A DNA stretch of 63,249 bases from an uncultured Bacillales bacterium (GTDB lineage Bacteria > Bacillota_I > Bacilli_A > RF39 > UBA660), in assembly GCA_947648915.1 (NCBI GenBank), contig CANSPQ010000005.1, forward strand, positions 1-63,249, in the 5' to 3' direction. The notes beneath the pieces are model-generated. The model searched no databases and was not told the DNA's origin. It saw only the letters and a list, made by a program, of their open reading frames with translations. The position numbers and the translations under genes are program-made. Shown here piece by piece: positions 6,664 through 17,034 of this stretch. Position 1 is the first letter of the stretch; each line of letters opens with the position of its first letter.

Positions 6664-9612
6664 ATGTATTTAAAAAAGATGATTGCAAGTGGATTCAAAT
6701 CGTTCGCAGATAAAATAACCATTGATTTTACTAAAGGAATTACAGGAATTGTCGGACCAAACGGGTCTGGGAAGAGTAATGTAGTGGATGCTGTTAGATG
6801 GGTGCTTGGAGAACAATCTGTCAAATCTCTTAGAGGAGATGGCAATATGACAGATGTTATTTTCTCTGGAAGTAAATCAAGAAATGCTCTCAATGTAGCG
6901 TCTGTAACACTTGTTTTTGATAATACGGATCAATATCTTCCAATCCAGTTTGATGAAGTGTCCATTCAAAGAAGAGTATATAAAGATGGTACCAATGAAT
7001 ATGCCATTAACAATGAAAAATGTAGACTCAAAGATATAGTTGATATTTTGCTCGATAGTGGTATGGCAAAAGAAAGTTTTAATATCATTTCACAAGGAAA
7101 AATTGAAGAAATTATCAGTAGTAAACCAACAGACCGTAGGGTTATTTTTGAAGAAGCAGCCCAAGTTTTAAAATATCGAAGAAGAAAAGAAGAGGCACTT
7201 CGTAAACTAGAACGTACACATGAGAATATGACTCGTGTAGACGATATTTTACACGAATTAGAAGAACAAGTAGAACCTTTAAAAAAACAACATGATGAAG
7301 CGATTGTTTACCAAGAAAAAATGGCAGAGCTAGAAAAAGTAGAAGTTGCTTTAACAGTAAAAGATATTACCGATATTAACTTTGCTTATCAAAATAATAA
7401 AAAACAAATTTCGGATTTGAATGAAGAACTTTTGCGTATTACGACAGGAAATAGTACAAATGAAGCAAAAATTGAAGAATATAAAATTAAAATTCAAAAA
7501 TTAGATGAGGAAATTTCTAATAGTACAAAAGAATTATTAGAAAAAACAACCCAAGTGGAAAAAAAGAGTAGTGAGAAAAATATTCTATTAGAACGTAAAA
7601 AATATGAAGTAGAAGATCAAAAATTACATGATAATCTATTGCAATTAAAAGAACAACAATTGAAATTAGAAAGTGATATTCATACATTAGAAGCAGAAAT
7701 CGCATCTTATGAAAGTGAAATGAAAACAAAAGAAGCTACTGTTCAATTGTCAGAACAAAATTATCATACTCATAAAATGGAAAGAGAACAGATAGAAAAA
7801 AAATTAACAGGGTTACTACGGGAAAAAACTACATTGGAGTATACCATTCATAATTTACAAGAAAGTATTGAAAGTGGAAGTACACTTCCTTATGCTGTTC
7901 GTTCTATCCTAGAATCCCCTAAATTACGTGGAATTCATAACGCAATTGGAAATTTAATCGAAGTAGAAGAAAAATATGCGACGGCGATTACAACCTCTTT
8001 AGGATATGCGACTACTTATTTAGTGGTTGATGACGAACAGGTTGCAAAGGAAGCAATTCTTTATTTAAAGCAAAACAATATTGGAAGAGCAACTTTCTTT
8101 CCTATTTCTGTAATTGCTCCAAAAGAAGTAGATTCTAGTACATTACAAATATTACAAAAGCAAGCAGGTTTTATTGGAATTGCCTCTGATTTAATCAAGT
8201 ATGATCATACATATGATTCCATTATGAAAAATCAACTTGGAAATGTCATTGTTGCAGAAGACATTGATGTTGCGAACCAAATAAGTAAAAAAATCAATTA
8301 TCGCTATAAGATTGTTACGTTAGATGGAGAACTGTTACACGTAGGTGGTTCTTTGACAGGTGGAAATGCAAAAAATACAAAGAGTATTTTAACGGAAAAA
8401 TATGAATTGGAACGTACTTTGCAACAACAAAATACTTTAGTGGAACAAGTCAAAACATTAGAAAATAAGATCAATGAGATGGATGAAAATAGTCGTTCTT
8501 TAGAAGATAAATTATATCTAGAAAATAAAGAATTTTTGACATTAAAAGAAATCAAAGAACAAAAAACAAATTTATTACAAGAATTTCAAGGCCACTTATT
8601 ACAGATTGAACAAGAAATTCGTGGAACCAATCATTTATTGGATGGTAGTTTGAGCAAAGAAGAGGAAACAGTACTTGCTTCCTATTATCAAGCTGTAGAA
8701 GAAATGAAAAAAGAAGAGCTTCATTTACACGAATTACAAAATCAAAAAGAGGGCTTTTCTACAGATTTAAAAGATTTTGAATTCTCACTTCGTCAAGAAA
8801 ATAGCGCTTTCTATAACAAGAATAAAGAATTAAAAGAACTTGAAATTGAAGTCAACCGAATGGATGTTAAATTAGATCATTTACTATCAAAATTGAACGA
8901 GACTTATAGTATGACTTATGAAAAAGCGACTACATTATATACACTTGATTGTGATGTAGAGGAAGCAAGAGAACGAGTAAGTACCTTAAAACGTATTATT
9001 CGTGATTTGGGTACTGTTAATTTAGGCGCAATTGAGGAATATGAGCGTGTGAATGAACGATATACATTCCTAAATCATCAAAGAGAAGACTTGACGAAAG
9101 CAGAAGATACCTTATTAGAAATCATTCAGGAAATGGATTCGGTTATGGAAACAGAATTTGCCAAAACATTCCAAACCATTAATGAGAATTTTTCTAAAAC
9201 ATTCCAAGAATTATTTAAAGGTGGAACTGCTTCTTTGAAACTGACAGATCCAGATAATTTACTAGAAACTGGAATTGAAATTGTTGCATCCCCACCAGGT
9301 AAGAAATTAACGAGTATTTCTTTATTATCTGGCGGAGAAAAAACATTTACAGCCATTAGTTTATTGTTTGCGATTTTAAAATCGAGACCTGTACCTTTCT
9401 GTATTTTGGATGAGGTAGAAGCTGCCTTAGATGAAGTCAATGTGGATAGTTTTGGTGAGTATTTAATGCATTTGAAGGATAAAACGCAATTTATTTTAAT
9501 TACTCATAAAAAAAGAACAATGGAATATGCAGATGTTCTTTATGGAATTACAATGCAGGAGTCAGGTGTTAGTAAACTAGTTAGTGTGAAATTAGAAGAA
9601 ATTCAAAAGTGA
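6664..9612 (+). CDS. smc: chromosome segregation protein SMC (short-arm variant)
   Basis: GFKSFA, GPNGSGKSN, hinge GRATFFP, LSGGE, LDEVEAALD. Confidence 0.95.
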   Translation: MYLKKMIASGFKSFADKITIDFTKGITGIVGPNGSGKSNVVDAVRWVLGEQSVKSLRGDGNMTDVIFSGSKSRNALNVASVTLVFDNTDQYLPIQFDEVSIQRRVYKDGTNEYAINNEKCRLKDIVDILLDSGMAKESFNIISQGKIEEIISSKPTDRRVIFEEAAQVLKYRRRKEEALRKLERTHENMTRVDDILHELEEQVEPLKKQHDEAIVYQEKMAELEKVEVALTVKDITDINFAYQNNKKQISDLNEELLRITTGNSTNEAKIEEYKIKIQKLDEEISNSTKELLEKTTQVEKKSSEKNILLERKKYEVEDQKLHDNLLQLKEQQLKLESDIHTLEAEIASYESEMKTKEATVQLSEQNYHTHKMEREQIEKKLTGLLREKTTLEYTIHNLQESIESGSTLPYAVRSILESPKLRGIHNAIGNLIEVEEKYATAITTSLGYATTYLVVDDEQVAKEAILYLKQNNIGRATFFPISVIAPKEVDSSTLQILQKQAGFIGIASDLIKYDHTYDSIMKNQLGNVIVAEDIDVANQISKKINYRYKIVTLDGELLHVGGSLTGGNAKNTKSILTEKYELERTLQQQNTLVEQVKTLENKINEMDENSRSLEDKLYLENKEFLTLKEIKEQKTNLLQEFQGHLLQIEQEIRGTNHLLDGSLSKEEETVLASYYQAVEEMKKEELHLHELQNQKEGFSTDLKDFEFSLRQENSAFYNKNKELKELEIEVNRMDVKLDHLLSKLNETYSMTYEKATTLYTLDCDVEEARERVSTLKRIIRDLGTVNLGAIEEYERVNERYTFLNHQREDLTKAEDTLLEIIQEMDSVMETEFAKTFQTINENFSKTFQELFKGGTASLKLTDPDNLLETGIEIVASPPGKKLTSISLLSGGEKTFTAISLLFAILKSRPVPFCILDEVEAALDEVNVDSFGEYLMHLKDKTQFILITHKKRTMEYADVLYGITMQESGVSKLVSVKLEEIQK

Positions 9613-9685
9613 AATTTGTGTGAAAATATTGTCAAATATTGAATATTTAGTTAAACCATGTTAGACTGTTAAAGGAGGTTATTGT

Positions 9686-10216
9686 ATGAAAGATAAAAAT
9701 GTAGATTATAGTAGCATATTAAATAAAATTGTATATTGCTTATATGTCGTAATTGCGCTACTTATTTTAAATAGTATCTTACTGACTGTATCCATTGGAA
9801 CAAAAGGAACAACAAATACAAATAATAGCAATAATGAACAAGAGGAATTACCTTATGATGTAAGCCAGTTTACGGAAATGACAACAGATCAAGCAATGGC
9901 AGCAATTGAGGCAGGCGGAATTCAAGTCTTCTATATTGGACATTCTAGCTGTGGTTTCTGTAGAAGATATGTTCCAGTATTACAAGAAGCACAAAAAGCA
10001 TATGGCTTTAAAACACTCTATATTGATACGGATAAGTTAACGAGTGCAGATGTTGAAAAATGGAATGCATTAGATGACTATGTAAAAGAAAGTTTCGGTT
10101 ATACGCCTTTGACTATTATTACGAAAGATGGCAAATACTTAGATGGACAACTTGGATATATGGACTATAATGCATTAAAGACCCTTTTAGAAAAAAATGG
10201 GTTTCAAGCAAAATAA
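9686..10216 (+). CDS. membrane-anchored thioredoxin-like protein
   Basis: N-terminal TM helix, CGFC motif, YTP cis-Pro loop. Confidence 0.8.
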   Translation: MKDKNVDYSSILNKIVYCLYVVIALLILNSILLTVSIGTKGTTNTNNSNNEQEELPYDVSQFTEMTTDQAMAAIEAGGIQVFYIGHSSCGFCRRYVPVLQEAQKAYGFKTLYIDTDKLTSADVEKWNALDDYVKESFGYTPLTIITKDGKYLDGQLGYMDYNALKTLLEKNGFQAK

Positions 10217-10293
10217 GAGTGAGAGCTCTTATTTTTTGCATTTTTAAAAGGAAATGAAGAAAAGAATCACTATGTTAATAGTGAGGTGATTAT

Positions 10294-11139
10294 TTGAAAA
10301 AGTTTTATAATGGGTGTTATGACATCGTATTTAAAACAGTTATCTGTGATGAGAATAACCCCCATATGTTAAAAACATTCTTAGAGCATATTTTGAAAAT
10401 AGAAATAGATGAAATAGAGTTTCTACAGAATGAACTCTCTGTAAGTGATGTGGGTGAACGAAAGAAAACAGTGGACTTATTAGTAAAGTCAAAGAATAAA
10501 TACATTCATATTGAATTAAATCAAAGTCATAAAGATTATCTACATATTCGGAACTTTTGTTTCTTTACCAATCTATATTCTAAGAATACAAGAAAAGGAA
10601 AAGAATTTGATTTAACAAGTGAATTTGTGCATATTGATTTATCGTATGGGAAAAAAGATGAATTAGAAAAAAGAACTTATTATGTGATGGATGAAGATGG
10701 CTATTTGTATATAGAAAATATGAAAATCATAGAGTACAATATGGACAGGATAACCGATTTTTGGTATTCTAAAAACAAAGAGAAGATAGAAGAATATAAA
10801 TATCTTATTATGTTAGGACTTGATAGAACTTCACTCAATGAAATAGCTAAGGGAGATAAATATATGGAAGAATATACAAAGAAAGTAGAAGAATTGAATG
10901 ATAGGGATGCATTTACCAGCTGGATTACCCCAGAAGAAGATGCAGAGATGATACTGAATACGGAAAAGCATATTTCTTATGATGAAGGAAAAACTAAAGG
11001 AATCGATATTGGATTAGAACAGGGAAAATTAAACGAGAAATTAGAAATTACTAGAAACATGTTAAAGAAAAATATAGATATTTCAATGATTTCTGAAATA
11101 ATAGGTTTTACGAAAGAACAGATAGAAGAGATAAAATAA
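10294..11139 (+). CDS. Rpn-family PD-(D/E)XK nuclease (PDDEXK_2), copy 1
   Basis: YDIVFK, VDLLVK, IHIELN, C-terminal EG repeats and NMLKKNIDISMISEIIG HTH-like tail; TTG start. Confidence 0.85.
   Translation: MKKFYNGCYDIVFKTVICDENNPHMLKTFLEHILKIEIDEIEFLQNELSVSDVGERKKTVDLLVKSKNKYIHIELNQSHKDYLHIRNFCFFTNLYSKNTRKGKEFDLTSEFVHIDLSYGKKDELEKRTYYVMDEDGYLYIENMKIIEYNMDRITDFWYSKNKEKIEEYKYLIMLGLDRTSLNEIAKGDKYMEEYTKKVEELNDRDAFTSWITPEEDAEMILNTEKHISYDEGKTKGIDIGLEQGKLNEKLEITRNMLKKNIDISMISEIIGFTKEQIEEIK
10864..11139 (+). CDS. putative internally initiated small Rpn (RpnS-like antitoxin)
   Basis: in-frame ATG with AAGGGAG RBS 8 nt upstream, conserved in both paralogues. Confidence 0.5.
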   Translation: MEEYTKKVEELNDRDAFTSWITPEEDAEMILNTEKHISYDEGKTKGIDIGLEQGKLNEKLEITRNMLKKNIDISMISEIIGFTKEQIEEIK

Positions 11140-11235
11140 TTTTTTAAAATACAAAAATTGAATTGTATCGCCATTTTGTGTTTTGCAAAACTATAAAACT
11201 ATGATAAACTAATTAGAGCAGAAAATGGTGATAAT

Positions 11236-12831
11236 ATGTTAAAAGTAAATGATGTAAGTTTAAGATTTCAAACAAGGGTTTTATTTGACCATGTAAATCT
11301 TGAATTTAAAGACGATAATTGTTATGGAATTATTGGTGCGAATGGTGCAGGGAAATCTACATTTCTAAAGATACTAAGTGGTGAGATTGAATCTACAAAA
11401 GGTGAAGTCATTATTGGAAAAGGGGAACGAATCTCTGTTTTAAGACAAAATCATAATGAGTTTGATGAATATGGTGTTCTAGAGACTGTTATTATGGGGG
11501 ATGCTGAACTATATCAAATTATGAAAGAAAAAGAAGCTATCTACATGAAACCAGATTTTTCAATGGAAGATGGAATGCATGCAGCGGAATTGGAAGCACG
11601 ATTTGAAGAAAAAAACGGTTGGCAGGCAGAAAGTGATGCGGCTGTTTTATTGGTAGGATTAGGTCTTTCGAATGATTTACATAATAAAAAAATGAGTGAA
11701 TTAGAAGATCGAGATAAGGTAAAGGTTTTATTAGCTCGTGCCTTATTTGGAAATCCAGATATACTCCTTTTAGATGAACCAACCAATGGTCTAGATGAGA
11801 TAAGTATTTTATGGTTAGAAGAATTTTTAATCAACTTTAAGAATACTGTTTTGGTAGTATCCCATGATCGTCATTTTTTAAATAAAGTATGTACTCATAT
11901 GTTAGATATTGATTTTGAAAAAATAACATTATTTGTTGGAAATTATGATTTTTGGTATCAGTCTAGTCAATTAATTCAAAAACAAATGCGTGATTCCAAT
12001 AAACGAAAAGAAGAAAAAATAAAGGAATTAGAAGATTTCATTCGTCGTTTTAGTGCGAATGCATCGAAATCAAAGCAGGCAACTTCTCGTAAAAAATCAT
12101 TAGAAAAAATTGTATTAGAAGATATCAAACCTTCTAGTAGAAAATATCCTTATATGCAGTTTGAGTTAGAAAGGCCTCTTGGAAAAGAAGTTATTACATT
12201 AGAAAAAATCAATTATAGTATGGATGGTAAAACTATTTTACAAAACTTAAATTTAACCATACGTCCTAATGATAAGATTGCATTAATTGGAAATAATGAG
12301 ATTGCGAAAACAGCACTACTTAAGATTTTAGCAGGTGAATTAAAACCAGATAGTGGGACGATTAAAATTGGCTCTAGTGTAAAGGTCTCTTATTTTGCCA
12401 AAAACCATGATGCTTATTTTGAAAACCCTGTATCTTTGGTTGAATGGTTACAAAGTTATTCTGAGGTAAAGGATGAGAGCTTTGTAAGAGGATTTTTAGG
12501 AAGAATGCTATTTTCTGGCGAAGAATCTTTGAAACAGGTTACCGTCTTATCAGGAGGAGAAAAGGTAAGGGCTATGTTTTCCAAAATTATGCTAGAAAAG
12601 GGGAATGTTTTATTATTAGATGAACCAACCAATCACTTGGATATTGAATCGATTACTGCTTTAAATGAAGGATTGGATAAATATAGAGGTGCTTTGATAT
12701 ATGCAACCTTTGATCAAGAACTCATTCAAAGTATCAGCAATCGTTTGATTGAAATTTTAGAAGATGGAACCATTCGTGATAAACAAATGTCTTATGAAGA
12801 TTATTTACAAAAATATAGTAGCGTGAACTAA
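11236..12831 (+). CDS. ABC-F family ATPase (YbiT/YkpA-like)
   Basis: two ABC domains (GANGAGKST, LDEPTN twice, LSGGE), linker RFSANASKSKQATSRK, no TM segments. Confidence 0.9.
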   Translation: MLKVNDVSLRFQTRVLFDHVNLEFKDDNCYGIIGANGAGKSTFLKILSGEIESTKGEVIIGKGERISVLRQNHNEFDEYGVLETVIMGDAELYQIMKEKEAIYMKPDFSMEDGMHAAELEARFEEKNGWQAESDAAVLLVGLGLSNDLHNKKMSELEDRDKVKVLLARALFGNPDILLLDEPTNGLDEISILWLEEFLINFKNTVLVVSHDRHFLNKVCTHMLDIDFEKITLFVGNYDFWYQSSQLIQKQMRDSNKRKEEKIKELEDFIRRFSANASKSKQATSRKKSLEKIVLEDIKPSSRKYPYMQFELERPLGKEVITLEKINYSMDGKTILQNLNLTIRPNDKIALIGNNEIAKTALLKILAGELKPDSGTIKIGSSVKVSYFAKNHDAYFENPVSLVEWLQSYSEVKDESFVRGFLGRMLFSGEESLKQVTVLSGGEKVRAMFSKIMLEKGNVLLLDEPTNHLDIESITALNEGLDKYRGALIYATFDQELIQSISNRLIEILEDGTIRDKQMSYEDYLQKYSSVN

Positions 12832-12894
12832 GTTTACGTTTTTTTGTAGACAATTTATTACAATTCCATAAAATAAGATAAAGGGGGTTTATGT

Positions 12895-13083
12895 ATGAAT
12901 GGTAGAGTGAATTATCGTCCTGGGTTTCGGCCAGGCTTTGGAAGACCTGGATTCGGGCGGCCTATTAACAATGGATTTGGTTTTGGAGTTCCATTTTTAT
13001 TAGGAGCAGCAACTGCCACAGTTTTAACACCATACTTTTATAGACCATATCCATATTATGGTTATCCAGTATATTATTATTAA
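12895..13083 (+). CDS. small Gly/Pro/Tyr-rich protein, probably spore coat-associated
   Basis: RPGF repeats, PFLLG, YYGYPVYYY; AAAGGGGG RBS; upstream CATAAAAT sporulation-like -10. Confidence 0.65.
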   Translation: MNGRVNYRPGFRPGFGRPGFGRPINNGFGFGVPFLLGAATATVLTPYFYRPYPYYGYPVYYY

Positions 13084-13084
13084 G

Positions 13085-13109
13085 AAAAGACACCTGAAAG
13101 GTGTCTTTT
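13085..13109. terminator. bidirectional terminator
   Basis: AAAAGACACC-TGAAA-GGTGTCTTTT between convergent genes. Confidence 0.8.
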
Positions 13110-13188
13110 ATGCATAATAATAGATAAGAAAGGAACAAATACAAGCCAGTAAAATGAGTAAAATTACTTGAAATATTACTTTTTTCAT
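13108..13188 (-). CDS. 26-aa single-TM peptide downstream of def (MKKVIFQVILLILLACICSFLIYYYA)
   Basis: AGGAGG RBS overlapping the def stop; not in the ORF track. Confidence 0.6.
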   Translation of the reverse strand: MKKVIFQVILLILLACICSFLIYYYA

Positions 13189-13196
13189 ATATCCTC

Positions 13197-13745
13197 CTAT
13201 ATTAATCGAATTTCATGTTCGGAAAAGAAAGGTTTATTTTTATTGATACGATCAAAGAATAGAATTCCATTTAAATGATCAATTTCATGTTGAAAGGCAA
13301 TGGATAAGTCTTCTCTCGCCCTTACCCGAATGAGATTACCATCTTCATCATAACCTTCGACAGTAACACGTGCATATCTTGGAACATGTCCTTCTACCTC
13401 TCTATTGACACTTAGGCATCCTTCACCTGCATCTGCCGCAATGATTTCGGTGGAATTGCTTACAATAACAGGATTGATTACTACGTAATTATCAAATTTT
13501 CCTTCTTCGTATTCTTCTACAATTACAATAATACGTTTGTTGATTCCAAGTTGTGGAAAGGCAAGTCCCATACCTGGACGCAAATTATATTTTTCTGCTT
13601 TTTCTTCAATTTGACTGAATGTTAAATGATCAATCATTTGTTGAATCAGCTTTTTTTCTTCTTTGCTAAGTGGAAAAGTTGCATCTTTACTAATGGCGCG
13701 TAAACGTTTATCTTTTTCATCTAATATATCTAAAGGTTTAAACAT
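13197..13745 (-). CDS. def: peptide deformylase
   Basis: GMGLAFPQ, EGCLSV, QHEIDHLNG; likely start ATG 13745. Confidence 0.95.
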   Translation of the reverse strand: MFKPLDILDEKDKRLRAISKDATFPLSKEEKKLIQQMIDHLTFSQIEEKAEKYNLRPGMGLAFPQLGINKRIIVIVEEYEEGKFDNYVVINPVIVSNSTEIIAADAGEGCLSVNREVEGHVPRYARVTVEGYDEDGNLIRVRAREDLSIAFQHEIDHLNGILFFDRINKNKPFFSEHEIRLI

Positions 13746-13845
13746 ACGTATCAACTCCAATTGACTTTATTTTAACACAAATATTCGAATTTAAAAAGCA
13801 AATTTTTAAATTCAAACAAAAAAGAAGAGAAAACTCTTCCTTACA

Positions 13846-14016
13846 TTAGTTACCCCAAGCTCTAGCACCGATGATGATAACTAATAAGATAAATAGAACT
13901 AGAATGATAGCAGCACCATATCCAGCACCGTATCCGTATCCACCAGTAGGGTAGCTACCTCCACCACAGCATGGATTTCCACAGCCATACCCTTGGTATC
14001 CTCCGTAATAATACAT
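13846..14016 (-). CDS. YjcZ/SscA-family small sporulation protein (56 aa)
   Basis: MYYYGGYQGYGCGNPCC...GAAIILVLFILLVIIIGARAWGN; AGGAGG RBS; not in the ORF track. Confidence 0.85.
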   Translation of the reverse strand: MYYYGGYQGYGCGNPCCGGGSYPTGGYGYGAGYGAAIILVLFILLVIIIGARAWGN

Positions 14017-14158
14017 AATGTTCCCTCCTATCTAGGTCTAATATATTGTATTAAAGAGTAGTAAATGTGTTAATGAAAAAGTCCTAATTTAGAAAATTTT
14101 TTCTATTGGGATTGAAAGTCTAATTTGGATTATGGTATGATAAGAATAAGGTGAGAAT

Positions 14159-15322
14159 ATGAATATGCCAAAAAGATTTCGTGATTTGCTTCACGATATG
14201 GATAAACCTTTATTTTTTGTAACAACTGCGTTGTTTATTTTTGGCTTACTCAATATTGTCACTGCTTCTAGTCAAGCCTCTGTTTTAAAATACAATGCTT
14301 CATTATATGGCTTTTTTTATAAACAACTTATCTTTTTATTATTGGGATTGTGTGGATTTTTATTTATATTAAGAGAGCCTACGAAGCATTATCGTTTTTG
14401 GGGTCTTGTTTCCTTTATTGGTGTAACGGGGCTAATGCTTTATCTTACCCTGTTTGGAGATTACAACAAAGGTTCTTTGAACTGGATTCGAATTGGTTTT
14501 TTCTCTATTCAACCAAGTGAATTTGCGAAACCAGTCATGATTATGTGTTTATCCATTGCATTTGAGTTGTTCTATAAAAAATTACGCGCAAAAAATCAAA
14601 ATCATTATGATATGATTGGGATTATTTTGTTGATTGGGTGTTTATTTCCAATTTTCGTATTTTTTCAAAAAGATTTAGGAACAATGACTATTTTATTTAT
14701 TCTTTTTGTTAGTATGTTTTTGGCTAGTCCCATTTTACGGATTGATAAAATCAAAACAATTGCTTTGGGTGCCATTTTGGTATTGTGCGTAAGTTCTATT
14801 TTGATTGCAAAAACAGGACATTTGTTAACCAAAACACAACTCAGTCGTTTTGATTTCTTTGATCCCTGTTCAGATTATGAAAGTGGTGGCTATCAAATTT
14901 GTAATGGTTTTATCGCAATTAATGATGGTGGCTTATTTGGGGTAGGAATTGGCAATAGCAAACAAGTTTCCTATATTCCAGAATCTCATACGGACAGTGT
15001 ATTTGCAATTATCGCAGAAGAATATGGTTTTCTACAAGCAACAGTTATTTTTATTGCTTATGTTATTATCTTATATCGCATTTTAAGACTTTCAATGCGT
15101 GCTAATACGATACGTGGTAGATATATTTGCTTTGGGGTAGCTGTTTATATATTCTTACATATCGTAGTTAACTTAGGAGGACTTTTCGGTGTCATGCCTC
15201 TTACTGGAGTTCCATTACCCTTCTTAAGTTATGGAGGCTCATTTACATTATCCTTAATTGTTTCTCTAGGAATGGTACAGCGGGTTCATATTGAAACGCA
15301 AAATCAAAAAGTGAATGTTTAA
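14159..15322 (+). CDS. FtsW/RodA/SpoVE family SEDS protein
   Basis: IQPSEFAK, QKDLGT, PESHTDSVFA, GVPLPFLSYGGS. Confidence 0.9.
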   Translation: MNMPKRFRDLLHDMDKPLFFVTTALFIFGLLNIVTASSQASVLKYNASLYGFFYKQLIFLLLGLCGFLFILREPTKHYRFWGLVSFIGVTGLMLYLTLFGDYNKGSLNWIRIGFFSIQPSEFAKPVMIMCLSIAFELFYKKLRAKNQNHYDMIGIILLIGCLFPIFVFFQKDLGTMTILFILFVSMFLASPILRIDKIKTIALGAILVLCVSSILIAKTGHLLTKTQLSRFDFFDPCSDYESGGYQICNGFIAINDGGLFGVGIGNSKQVSYIPESHTDSVFAIIAEEYGFLQATVIFIAYVIILYRILRLSMRANTIRGRYICFGVAVYIFLHIVVNLGGLFGVMPLTGVPLPFLSYGGSFTLSLIVSLGMVQRVHIETQNQKVNV

Positions 15323-15331
15323 AAAAATACA

Positions 15332-16291
15332 TCATTTTGCAGATGTATTTTTATTTGGAATTGCAAGTAATACGATTTCGGTAGGAAAGATACCTCCGCC
15401 ATAACCTCTCAAATAAAAATGATAGGTATCTGGACACATTTCTTCAATCATCGTAGGAATTTTCCATAAATCCACTAAATTGTGATAAACAGAAATGAGT
15501 AATTTAGGATGTTCTTTTTGAATATGATTTTTCGCGCCCAACAATGCTTGTTGTTCACTTCCTTCTATATCCATTTTAATCATCGTAATGGGTTCTTCAA
15601 TATTCAAATCTAGACTTGTTGTTTCTACTTCTTGTGTTCCTGACGCTTCCACAGTATTTGCAGATGCATCTATACTATTTTCACCTAAATACATGGTAGA
15701 AATTTGGTCAATGACCGCTTTGGTTCGAATTTCAATATTGGGATATGATTTGGTATTTTGTTTTAAATACTCTATTGTATCTTTTGAAATTTCATAAGCA
15801 TATATTTTTTTATAGCAATCTTTTCCATAGGTATTGATAAAATCTAATACTGTATCTCCTATGTAAGCACCCAAATCTACCATTACTTCATCTTTACATG
15901 AAATCAAATCTAAATCAAAATAATGGGGATAATTTTTTTCTTGAGAACTGGCTAGTGTTTTAAAATCATATTGATACCAGTTATTTAAAATAGCAAATAA
16001 TAGTTTTTTAGAACGATAATCTTCTAACTTATCATACAACCAATTTAGCTCATTTAAATGTTCAGATAATGTTTCTGCTTTTAAATGAAAATGTTCATAT
16101 TCTTCATTTTTACAATCTAGTTTTCCCCAATATGGAAATTTATGAAAGTAATCTTCTATTGAATTTTGAATTTGTGGGTCAACATTCATAAATGCATTTT
16201 TTGTTTGTTCAAAGATTTCGTCTTTTGTAAAACTTTTTAAATGATTGACTAAGGTTTGAAAATTTTGATCAATGTAATTCAAATAAATCAC
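15332..16291 (-). CDS. FkbM family SAM-dependent methyltransferase
   Basis: VDLGAYIGD, IKMDIEGSE, PKLLISVYH. Confidence 0.85.
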   Translation of the reverse strand: MIYLNYIDQNFQTLVNHLKSFTKDEIFEQTKNAFMNVDPQIQNSIEDYFHKFPYWGKLDCKNEEYEHFHLKAETLSEHLNELNWLYDKLEDYRSKKLLFAILNNWYQYDFKTLASSQEKNYPHYFDLDLISCKDEVMVDLGAYIGDTVLDFINTYGKDCYKKIYAYEISKDTIEYLKQNTKSYPNIEIRTKAVIDQISTMYLGENSIDASANTVEASGTQEVETTSLDLNIEEPITMIKMDIEGSEQQALLGAKNHIQKEHPKLLISVYHNLVDLWKIPTMIEEMCPDTYHFYLRGYGGGIFPTEIVLLAIPNKNTSAK

Positions 16292-16360
16292 CTCTTTAAT
16301 AATATATGTTCTTTTGCGCTCTCATGAACTAAAATAGCGGAAAAAAGGGCTATATTTCAA

Positions 16361-16389
16361 TTGACAATAAATATAAAAAAGATTATACT
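16361..16389 (+). promoter_or_regulatory. sigma-A promoter of rubrerythrin
   Basis: TTGACA-17-TATACT. Confidence 0.7.
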
Positions 16390-16424
16390 TATCATGTAAG
16401 TAGTGAGTAGAAAGAAGGTATTTT

Positions 16425-16958
16425 ATGGAATTAAAAGGAACACAAACGGAACAAAATTTATGGACTGCATTTGCAGGAGAAAGCCAAGCGAGAAATAAAT
16501 ATACATATTTTGCAAGTGTAGCAAAAAAAGAAGGTTATGAACAAATTAGAGCCATTTTTGAAGAAACTGCCAATAATGAAAAAGAACATGCCAAAATGTG
16601 GTTGAAAGAATTAGGTGGAATTGGAACAACCGCTGAAAACTTAAAAGCAGCAGCGGAAGGTGAAAACTACGAATGGACCGATATGTATGAAGGATTTGCT
16701 GCAACGGCCAAAGAAGAAGGTTTTGACCGTATTGCATATCTATTTACAGAAGTTGCGAAAATTGAAAAGGAACATGAAGAAAGATATCGCAAGTTACTTC
16801 AAAATGTAGAAGATGGAACGGTATTCAAAAGTGAACAACCTAAAATGTGGATTTGTCGTAACTGTGGGCACATTCATTTTGGAGAGGAAGCACCTAAAGT
16901 TTGTCCAGTATGTGCACATCCACAAAGCTATTTTGAACAAAGAGCAGAAAACTATTAA
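16425..16958 (+). CDS. rbr: rubrerythrin
   Basis: [22 protein letters not shown]...CPVCAHP. Confidence 0.95.
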   Translation: MELKGTQTEQNLWTAFAGESQARNKYTYFASVAKKEGYEQIRAIFEETANNEKEHAKMWLKELGGIGTTAENLKAAAEGENYEWTDMYEGFAATAKEEGFDRIAYLFTEVAKIEKEHEERYRKLLQNVEDGTVFKSEQPKMWICRNCGHIHFGEEAPKVCPVCAHPQSYFEQRAENY

Positions 16959-17034
16959 TTTTATAGAAGGAAAAGACAAAAATGGTCTTTTTTCTTTTGG
17001 GTGTATGATATAATGATACTAAGGATGTGAACCT

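Noticed and set aside
9618-9636. Possible Rex operator upstream of the thioredoxin-like gene
   Set aside because: About 12 of 18 matches in AT-rich DNA is not convincing.
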